From assembly GCA_046719715.1 (NCBI GenBank), contig JBDNCJ010000001.1, positions 79,639 to 143,638 on the forward strand: a DNA stretch of 64,000 nt, in the 5' to 3' direction. Source of the stretch: Chloroherpetonaceae bacterium. GTDB lineage: Bacteria > Bacteroidota > Chlorobiia > Chlorobiales > Thermochlorobacteraceae. The notes under the pieces were generated by a model that saw only the letters and a list, made by a program, of their open reading frames with translations, was not told the origin of the DNA and ran no database searches. Below are positions 1-7,219 of the stretch, one piece after another; the first letter of the stretch is position 1, and the number at the start of each line of letters is the position of its first letter. The translations under genes and the position numbers were made by a program.

Positions 1-2651
1 ACCTCGCCAAACGCCGCATACAGCAACATAAAAATGATGAAGAGCGATAGCGGCACCACCAGCATTAAACGCTCTGTTGCGCGTGCTTGATTTTCAAACT
101 GTCCACCATAAACGATGAAATATCCTGTTTCTAACTTCAAGGCTTGGTTCATGCGCGATTGCAGTTCTTGAACGTAACTCGATAAATCGCGCCCTTCGAT
201 GTTGCACTCCACAACTAATCGGCGTTGGGTGTGTTCGTGACTGACTTGTGCAGGTCCCTCTTCAAGCGTGAGCGTTGCTAATTGTCGAAGCGGCAGAAAC
301 GATGTGGTGTTGGGAATAGCCACCATTACATTGCCAATGTCGTCAAGGTTACGCCGCGCTGACGGCTTATAGCGCGCCACGACGGCAATGCGTCGCTGTC
401 CTTCAAAAACTACCGTTGCCACTTTGCCGCCAAGTGCCGTCTCAATCGCCATTTGAAGATCTTCGACGGGAATGTTGTAGCGCGCAATTTCTTCTCGGTC
501 AATGGCAATGTTCAGATACGGTTGTCCAGAAACTTGCTCGACTAAAACAGATGCAGTGCCTTCTATCTCGTGAGCGATTTTTTCTACGGTTTCGGCGTAT
601 TGTTTGAGTTTGGCGTAATCGTCTCCAAAAATTTTGACTGCCACATCGCCTTTTGAACCTGAAACGAGTTCATTGACGCGCATCGCGATGGGCTGTGTGA
701 AATTGACATACATGCCTTGTGTGTGCGGGGCGATGGCTTGCCGCATTGCTTCAATCAATTTCGGCTTTGAAAGTCCGCTTCGCCATTGGCTTTTGTCGTT
801 CAGCATTACGAATACATCGGTTTCTTGTATGCCCATGTAGTCGTTGGCAATATCGGGACGACCGGTTTTGCAGACGACCGTTTTTACTTCGGGAAATCGC
901 TTCAAAACTGTAGCCACTTTTTCGGCTTGTTCTACACTTTCAGAGAGCGTAATCGAGGGCAAGCGTTTGAGTTCAATCAAGATGTTGCCTTCGTCTAACT
1001 CGGGCACGAACTCGCCGCCCATAAAAGGCACAGCAGAAAGCGTTGATACAAGCATAATTAGTGCAATCAGCATGGTGCGTTTTCGGTGGTGCATCGCCGC
1101 CGAAAGCCACTGCATATAGCGTGGATAAAGTCTCTTTAGCAAGGGATTTTCTTTTTCTTCGACTTTACCGCGTAAGGCAAGCGACGCCGCCATCGGCACG
1201 AAGGTTAAAGCCAAAACGAGCGAGCCCAACACCGCAAAGCCCACTGCAAACGCCATCGGCGCAAAGAGTTTCCCTTCCATGCCTTGAAGCGAGAGAATCG
1301 GCACATAGACCATCATGATAATCAGCACGCCGAAGAAAATCGGACGCGCAACCTCTTTGGCACTTTCAAGAATGGCTTGCATGCGTTCTTCATTCGGCTT
1401 GTGATGAAGATGCCGCACAATGTTTTCCATCATCACCACCGAACCATCGACGACCATGCCAAAGTCAATCGCACCCAGCGACATCAGATTTGCCGAAAGC
1501 CCAAGTCCGTTCATGCCAATGAACGTGCAGAGCATAGACAGCGGAATCACTGCCGCAACAATCAGCGCGGCACGCAAATTGCCCAGCAACGTAACCAACA
1601 CCAGCACCACCAGCAAGCCGCCTTCGGTGAGGTTGGTTACAACCGTGCGAATGGTGCGTTGAACAAGTTCCGTTTGGTCATAAAACGACTCAATGCGAAT
1701 GCCTTGTGGCGAAAGCGTGCGATTGAGCGCGTCGATTTTTTCTTGAATGCGTTCAATGACGGCGCGCGAGTTTTCGCCCCGCATCATCATGACAATGCCC
1801 GTTACAATCTCCCCTTCGCGGTCGCGCGTTACGGCACCTTGCCGAATTTCTTCGCCAATCTTGACTTCGGCAACATCGCGCACATAAATTGGCACATTGT
1901 CGGTTGAACGAATCAGCGTGAGTTCTAAATCACGTAGGCTCTTTGCCTGACCCAAACTGCGAATGATATACTGCTCTTGATTCTTCTCAATGTAATTGCC
2001 CGACACAATCGAGTTGCCGCGTTCAAGTGCCTGAAATACCTCGCCAATCGTTACTCGAAACGCTTGCAATTTTAACGGGTCAACGACCACGTGATACTGC
2101 TTAACAAATCCGCCAAATGAGTTGACTTCGGTAACACCAGCAACTGTTTTCAGTTGCGGTTTAATCACATAGTCTTGAATGGTGCGCAAGTCCATTGGCG
2201 TGTAGCCATCGCCCTTGACTTGATATTGATAGATTTCACCCAACGCCGACGACATCGGTCCGAGAATCGGTTCAGATGCAAGAGGCGGCAGTTCGCTACG
2301 CACCGATGTGATGCGTTCCAAGACTAATTGCCGCGCAAAAAACTTATCGACATCGTCTTCGAAAACAACCGTTACCACCGAAAGCCCATATTTTGAAATG
2401 GAACGCAGTTCCAGCGTTTTGGGCAATCCGTTCAAGGCAGTTTCAATCGGATAAGTAACCATCTTCTCGACTTCAACGGGCGAAAGTCCGCGTGCCTGTG
2501 TAATGATTTGCACTTGATTGTTCGTTACATCGGGAAGCGAATCAATCGGAATGTGTTGAAGCGAATACAGCCCGACTGCCGCCAGCACAATGATAAGCCC
2601 TGCGGTGGCAAGCCGCTCTTTAAGCGAAAATTCAATCAATCGATGAAGCAT
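1..2651 (-). CDS. czcA: CusA/CzcA-family RND efflux permease subunit (N-terminal 883 codons; the 3' end runs off the window)
   Basis: It is missing from the ORF track because no stop codon lies in the window. The minus-strand frame is open from the ATG at 2651 down to base 3. My translation begins MLHRLIEFSLKERLATAGLIIVLAAVGLYSLQHIPIDSLPDVTNNQVQIIT and contains LMSLGAIDFGMVVDGSVVMMENI. Both segments are typical of the CzcA/CusA family. It starts 12 bp downstream of the adaptor gene. Confidence 0.9.
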   Translation of the reverse strand, partial: MLHRLIEFSLKERLATAGLIIVLAAVGLYSLQHIPIDSLPDVTNNQVQIITQARGLSPVEVEKMVTYPIETALNGLPKTLELRSISKYGLSVVTVVFEDDVDKFFARQLVLERITSVRSELPPLASEPILGPMSSALGEIYQYQVKGDGYTPMDLRTIQDYVIKPQLKTVAGVTEVNSFGGFVKQYHVVVDPLKLQAFRVTIGEVFQALERGNSIVSGNYIEKNQEQYIIRSLGQAKSLRDLELTLIRSTDNVPIYVRDVAEVKIGEEIRQGAVTRDREGEIVTGIVMMMRGENSRAVIERIQEKIDALNRTLSPQGIRIESFYDQTELVQRTIRTVVTNLTEGGLLVVLVLVTLLGNLRAALIVAAVIPLSMLCTFIGMNGLGLSANLMSLGAIDFGMVVDGSVVMMENIVRHLHHKPNEERMQAILESAKEVARPIFFGVLIIMMVYVPILSLQGMEGKLFAPMAFAVGFAVLGSLVLALTFVPMAASLALRGKVEEKENPLLKRLYPRYMQWLSAAMHHRKRTMLIALIMLVSTLSAVPFMGGEFVPELDEGNILIELKRLPSITLSESVEQAEKVATVLKRFPEVKTVVCKTGRPDIANDYMGIQETDVFVMLNDKSQWRSGLSKPKLIEAMRQAIAPHTQGMYVNFTQPIAMRVNELVSGSKGDVAVKIFGDDYAKLKQYAETVEKIAHEIEGTASVLVEQVSGQPYLNIAIDREEIARYNIPVEDLQMAIETALGGKVATVVFEGQRRIAVVARYKPSARRNLDDIGNVMVAIPNTTSFLPLRQLATLTLEEGPAQVSHEHTQRRLVVECNIEGRDLSSYVQELQSRMNQALKLETGYFIVYGGQFENQARATERLMLVVPLSLFIIFMLLYAAFGE

Positions 2652-2663
2652 GGCTGTTGGCGT

Positions 2664-3821
2664 TTAGTCTTCGGCAAGTTCGCCCGCTTTCCACTGCGAC
2701 TTCAAAAAGAAGATGTTTTTCGTGGCGATGATGTCGCCTTCGTTCAGCCCTTCGCTGACGACGCTGAATGAACCCGTTTCTTCGGCAAGTTTGATGTATC
2801 GCGCTTCGAAGGTCGTATCGTTTTTTTGCACGAAAGCCACATGCTGTTCGCCATCAATTCCAATTGCAGTGCTTGGCACAATTCGTTCAAGATGTTCGGA
2901 TTCAATCGTGATGCACATTTCGGCATGCATAGACGGCTTCAACTTGTGATGCGGGTTGGACAGCAGAACACGCACGGGCAAGGCGTGGGTGGTTTCATTA
3001 ACAACCGTTCCGACGCTATGAATTTTACCGACGAATTTTTCTGAATGAAAAGCACCAAAGCGCACCTCAACGGGTTGCCCAACACGCACTTTTCCGAACT
3101 CTGGCTCGAAGACATTGCCAATCAGCATGACTTCATCGAGCCTTACGATGTGAAAAAGTGGTTTATTGGGTTCGACATATTCACCGAGCGTAGCGAATCG
3201 TTTTGCCACAACGCCAGAAAGATTTGAGCGAATTGCAATGCACGTGACAGCACTATCGGGCTTTGCTTTAATTTTTTCAAGGTCTGCTTTTGTAAAGCCA
3301 GCACCCAGACAGCGCGACTGTGCGGCAAGCAATCGTGCTTCAGCAATACGCAAAGCCGCTTGGGATTCGAGTAAGACTTTTTCAGACAGGATATTTTCCG
3401 TCGCGATTTTCTGTTTGCGTTTGTAATCAGACTCAGCAAGCGCAAATGATGCTGTGCTCTCGAGAAATTCTGCCACCAGATTTGCAATCGCCGCACTTTC
3501 TATCACGGCTAATGGCGCACTTTCGCGCACGAAGCTGTTTTCACTCACCAACAGTTTTTGAACGCGTCCGGCAATATTTGCACCGACAAATGCTTCTCCG
3601 TTTGGACTGGCAAAGACATCGGCGGGAATTTTGAGGTCATAGCGAAAGGATTTTTGCTCAACTCGGTAAAGCCCAAGTTCCAACTTTGCGAGCCGTTCTT
3701 GCTCGATATGGATTGTATTTGGCGTAAGTGTCTGTTGCGCTTTTTGATTGAGCGTTGGCATTTGATGGTTCTGACACGCGCCGCAGAACAAGGCGATGAA
3801 AAAAAATCGTGTAAGTGTCAT
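2664..3821 (-). CDS. czcB: efflux RND periplasmic adaptor (membrane fusion protein, HlyD/CzcB-like)
   Basis: 385 aa with an N-terminal hydrophobic signal, a coiled-coil hairpin region (AESDYKRKQKIATENILSEKVLLESQAALRIAEARLLAAQ) and beta-barrel-like segments. It sits between the OMF and RND pump genes and overlaps the upstream gene by 4 bp. Confidence 0.85.
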   Translation of the reverse strand: MTLTRFFFIALFCGACQNHQMPTLNQKAQQTLTPNTIHIEQERLAKLELGLYRVEQKSFRYDLKIPADVFASPNGEAFVGANIAGRVQKLLVSENSFVRESAPLAVIESAAIANLVAEFLESTASFALAESDYKRKQKIATENILSEKVLLESQAALRIAEARLLAAQSRCLGAGFTKADLEKIKAKPDSAVTCIAIRSNLSGVVAKRFATLGEYVEPNKPLFHIVRLDEVMLIGNVFEPEFGKVRVGQPVEVRFGAFHSEKFVGKIHSVGTVVNETTHALPVRVLLSNPHHKLKPSMHAEMCITIESEHLERIVPSTAIGIDGEQHVAFVQKNDTTFEARYIKLAEETGSFSVVSEGLNEGDIIATKNIFFLKSQWKAGELAED

Positions 3822-5062
3822 TGGTCGTTCAAGTTTATAATTCCTATGGTGCGGAGCAGTTGAGCGAAAGCACGTTCGGCGTCGAAGCGTTTTTCGAGCG
3901 CGTTTTTTTCAGCCTCAAAGTAAGTGCGTTTGGCTTCGAGATACTCGATGTAGCCGATTGCGCCGACTTGCAACTGTCGTTCAGCGGCGATAAAGGCACG
4001 TCGGGCATAAATGAGTTCTTCTTCTGTGGCGCGCTCGGCTTGAAGCCGTGCCGATTCGTAGCGTGAAACGGCGTTGCGCCATTCAGTTTCAACTTGCCGT
4101 TTAATCAACTCCGATTCATAGCGTTGCGCGTGCAGGAGTGCTGATTTTTCGGCAATCTCGCCCCGCTCTCCGAGCCAAAACCATAGCGGCACCGATAGTG
4201 CAATTTCCCCACCGTAAAAATTTTGATTCGGATTAAATGCAGGTGTAAATCGCTGTTGAAACAGCGTCAAGCGCAGTGACGGGAACAGCGCAGAGTATGC
4301 CGCCGCTTGCGCCTCTTCTGCCGATTCTTGCTTGGCTTGTATGGCTGTGAGCAACGGACGCGATTGGCTCATCGTTTGCGCCAGCTGTTCAATATCGACG
4401 CGCACAAACGTTTCTCTAAGCGAATCGACAAGCGTGATGCTTGTATCCGTGAGATTACCCAGTTTCAGAACGAGCGCGCGTCGCGATTCTGCAACTTGCA
4501 TGCGCGCTTCGGTCAAAGCGTTTTCAGCTCGCACAAGTTCGGTTCGTGCTCGTAGCATTTGCAGTTCAGAAACTTCGCCAATCTCATAGAGCCGTTTGGA
4601 CATTTCGTAAAAGCGTTGCGAAATGGCAAGATTTTCTTGGCTCAATCGCTCAAGGGCAGTCGCCAATGCAACTTGCATATAGGCGATGCGAACATCGGCG
4701 GCGACTTGGCATTTGAGTTCTTCGGTCTCGCTTGCTATGGCAGAGGCAAGACTGGATTGTGCACGCGCACGGTAGTAGGTTGTAAGCGGAAAGTCAAACC
4801 CCTGTGAGACTTGCCAACGTCGAACCACCTGATTATCCGTCGGCGAGTTGAGCATATCTTCGGTGTAATAGGAAACCACAGGCTTTTCAGGCGAAAGCGT
4901 AATGAGCGTTCGCGCTTCTGCACTGGCTTGAAGTTCAACTTGACGCTTAATCGCCAAATTGTCTTTGAGGGCGCGTTCAATCGCCGTGCGAAGTGAGAGC
5001 GGCTGTGCGATTGCCGCCTCTGAACACAACAGCAGTAGAAGATAAAATCGTATTTTGAGCAT
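3818..5062 (-). CDS. czcC: TolC-family outer membrane efflux protein (CzcC-like)
   Basis: 414 aa with the signal peptide MLKIRFYLLLLLCSEAAIAQ. It shows two repeated alpha-helical/coiled-coil halves typical of OEP/TolC proteins and is the first gene of the OMF-MFP-RND order. Confidence 0.85.
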   Translation of the reverse strand: MLKIRFYLLLLLCSEAAIAQPLSLRTAIERALKDNLAIKRQVELQASAEARTLITLSPEKPVVSYYTEDMLNSPTDNQVVRRWQVSQGFDFPLTTYYRARAQSSLASAIASETEELKCQVAADVRIAYMQVALATALERLSQENLAISQRFYEMSKRLYEIGEVSELQMLRARTELVRAENALTEARMQVAESRRALVLKLGNLTDTSITLVDSLRETFVRVDIEQLAQTMSQSRPLLTAIQAKQESAEEAQAAAYSALFPSLRLTLFQQRFTPAFNPNQNFYGGEIALSVPLWFWLGERGEIAEKSALLHAQRYESELIKRQVETEWRNAVSRYESARLQAERATEEELIYARRAFIAAERQLQVGAIGYIEYLEAKRTYFEAEKNALEKRFDAERAFAQLLRTIGIINLNDQ

Positions 5063-5128
5063 CGTTCAACAGTGGAATTAAGCAAGCACCTAAATGCCAA
5101 GCGTGGGTAGTGCTATAAAAATGTGTTC

Positions 5129-5218
5129 GTCATTCCGAGCGGTGCGAGGAATCCACTGACAAACTCGATGAGACTTACTGATGGATTCTTCACTTCGCTA
5201 CGCTTCGTTCAGAATAAC
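5129..5218. repeat. palindromic intergenic repeat element, copy A (about 26-bp imperfect inverted arms around a variable core)
   Basis: The left arm is gtcattccgagcggtgcgaggaatcc. The right arm is ggattcttcacttcgctacgcttcgttcagaataac. A second copy with the same arms lies at 58117-58194. Confidence 0.8.
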
Positions 5219-5256
5219 ACACACAAAAAAGTTACGTGACAGCGTTGAATCGATGC

Positions 5257-5616
5257 CTAAATGCGGAGCGGAATTGGGGAAGGTTGATGCGAACAGTCTG
5301 AATCGGGAGAGGTATCGAGGGCAAACTCAATGCAAAAGGGTTCTTGTGGCTCAAACGTGTTGCTGTCATGCAAGGAGAGCATGGCACACAATTCGTCCGA
5401 TGCTAAGGCGATGGCTTTTTGGACGTGTTGCGTATCAAATTGAGCTTGGTATTGCGCGCCACACACGGGGCAATTGGTCGCATGACATGCATGCGTGTGC
5501 GCATAGTTCAAGACGGAATGGTCAATCCACCGGTCATCAACAATGCAGCAGACCGTCGAAGCGGCAAAGAGCGTTGCCGTTACGAAGAGAACGATGCATT
5601 GTGAAATTGTTTTCAT
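5257..5616 (-). CDS. hypothetical small exported Cys/His-rich protein (possible metal-binding accessory of the czc operon)
   Basis: 119 aa with an N-terminal hydrophobic segment (MKTISQCIVLFVTATLFAASTVCC) followed by the cluster HTHACHATNCPVC. It lies on the same strand, directly upstream of czcC. No clear SD sequence is present, so coding status is not certain. Confidence 0.45.
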   Translation of the reverse strand: MKTISQCIVLFVTATLFAASTVCCIVDDRWIDHSVLNYAHTHACHATNCPVCGAQYQAQFDTQHVQKAIALASDELCAMLSLHDSNTFEPQEPFCIEFALDTSPDSDCSHQPSPIPLRI

Positions 5617-5713
5617 GAGTCAAGTAAGTTTAATGCTTCAAGTTACAATTTGCGCCTCTGCCTCGCAAGCCTTTGGCGCGATTCCGATTTAGACGCAATC
5701 AAATTCAATACAC

Positions 5714-7018
5714 ATGCTTGTCTCACGCGCAAACGCAACAGAGTTAGACTTCACGCCAGAGTTTTTAGACGCTTACAACTTGATGGAACATTCATCAGAT
5801 TGTCTCTTCATCACAGGCAGTGCGGGCACGGGGAAGTCAACACTACTCAATTACTTTCGCAAGAATACGAAAAAGAAGATTGTCGTGCTTGCGCCGACGG
5901 GCGTTGCCGCGCTCAATGTTGGCGGGCAAACGATTCACTCATTCTTCAAATTTCCGCTTGGCGTGGTTACTTCAAAAAACATTCACGCCTTTCCGCGCAC
6001 CGATTTCTATAAGGCGATTGATACGATTGTCATTGATGAGATTTCAATGGTTCGCGCCGACATCATCGACGGCATTGACTACTTCATGCGGCTCAACGGA
6101 CGCGATAAGAAAAAACCCTTCGGCGGCGCGCAGATGATTTTCATGGGCGATCTCTTTCAACTTCCGCCGGTGGTTTCAAGCGACGACGAGCAAAGCCTTT
6201 TCATGTCGCTGTATCAATCGCCGTATTTTTTCAGTGGCAGTGTGTTTGAAAAAGTCCTGTTGCGCATCATTCGCCTCAACAAAATTTTTCGCCAGCGCGA
6301 TGTTGGGTTTATCGAGCTCTTGCAAGCCATTCGCACCAATCAAGCGACCGAGTGGCATTTGAAGCAAATTAACGCACGTGTTCAGCGCGATTTCGCGCCG
6401 AATGAAAACGATTTCTACATCACGCTGACCACGCGCAATGACATCGCCGATAAGACCAACGCGGAACGGTTAAAGTTGCTTAAAGAATCAGCAAAAGTAT
6501 TCATCGGTGAAATTGAAGGCGACTTCAATAGCAAATTGCTTCCTACCGATGCAAACTTGACGCTCAAAGTGGGCGCACAAGTCATGTTCGTCAAGAACGA
6601 CCCCGACGGACGCTGGGTCAACGGCACGATTGGCAAAGTGCATCAGATTCTTCAAAACACCATTAAGGTGCTCGTAGAGGAAGAGGGGAAGCGAAAAATT
6701 CTTACCGCAGAGCGGGTCAGTTGGGATATGTTGCGATACGAATTTGACGCTCAAAAAAAAGAGGTTGTTTCGGATACGATTGGGTCATTCACCCAATTTC
6801 CGTTGCGGCTTGCGTGGGCGGTTACGATTCACAAAAGTCAAGGCAAAACTTTTGACAAGGTTGTGATTGATTTGGGGAACGGTGCATTTGCACACGGGCA
6901 ACTCTATGTTGCGCTCTCGCGTTGTCGCTCGCTTGGAGGCATTGTGCTTAAATCGCCGGTTCGCCCGCGCGATGTGATTGTCGACAAGCGCATCGTCGAG
7001 TTTATGAATCAGTTGTAG
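5714..7018 (+). CDS. Pif1/RecD-like SF1B DNA helicase
   Basis: 434 aa. It carries Walker A GSAGTGKST, the segment VLAPTGVAALNVGGQTIHSFF, Walker B IVIDEISMV, and the C-terminal motif AVTIHKSQGKTFDKVVIDL. The size and motif order match compact bacterial Pif1-type helicases. Confidence 0.85.
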   Translation: MLVSRANATELDFTPEFLDAYNLMEHSSDCLFITGSAGTGKSTLLNYFRKNTKKKIVVLAPTGVAALNVGGQTIHSFFKFPLGVVTSKNIHAFPRTDFYKAIDTIVIDEISMVRADIIDGIDYFMRLNGRDKKKPFGGAQMIFMGDLFQLPPVVSSDDEQSLFMSLYQSPYFFSGSVFEKVLLRIIRLNKIFRQRDVGFIELLQAIRTNQATEWHLKQINARVQRDFAPNENDFYITLTTRNDIADKTNAERLKLLKESAKVFIGEIEGDFNSKLLPTDANLTLKVGAQVMFVKNDPDGRWVNGTIGKVHQILQNTIKVLVEEEGKRKILTAERVSWDMLRYEFDAQKKEVVSDTIGSFTQFPLRLAWAVTIHKSQGKTFDKVVIDLGNGAFAHGQLYVALSRCRSLGGIVLKSPVRPRDVIVDKRIVEFMNQL

Positions 7019-7219
7019 CCGACTTTTTCCCTTTTTTATTTTTTGGAACGCCTCGCCGCCAATCTCGGTTTTGAACGTTGTTTAATTTCTCGGCAAACCT
7101 CTCTTTTGAACGCGACCGAACCTTTTGCCGACGGGCATCGTAACGCCCACGTTCAAATCGCTGTTCCTAATCATTGTTCAATTTATTCGAAATACCTTAA
7201 CTCATCTGTTCTGACTTAT

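Noticed and set aside
1284-1907. A 207-aa plus-strand ORF rich in His, Asn, Arg and Gln
   Set aside because: It lies entirely antisense to the well-supported czcA coding frame. Its composition is what a reverse reading of a hydrophobic membrane protein gene produces. It is a shadow ORF.
5181-5618. A 145-aa plus-strand ORF starting MDSSLRYASFRIT
   Set aside because: It begins inside the right arm of the palindromic repeat element and runs antisense to the Cys/His-rich gene. Such repeat-derived pseudo-ORFs are a common annotation artefact.
7043-7219. A 59-codon N-terminal extension of the TonB-dependent receptor, as given in the ORF track
   Set aside because: The extension has no signal peptide and starts at a TTG. 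The ATG at 7220 gives a proper signal sequence directly followed by the CarboxypepD_reg domain.
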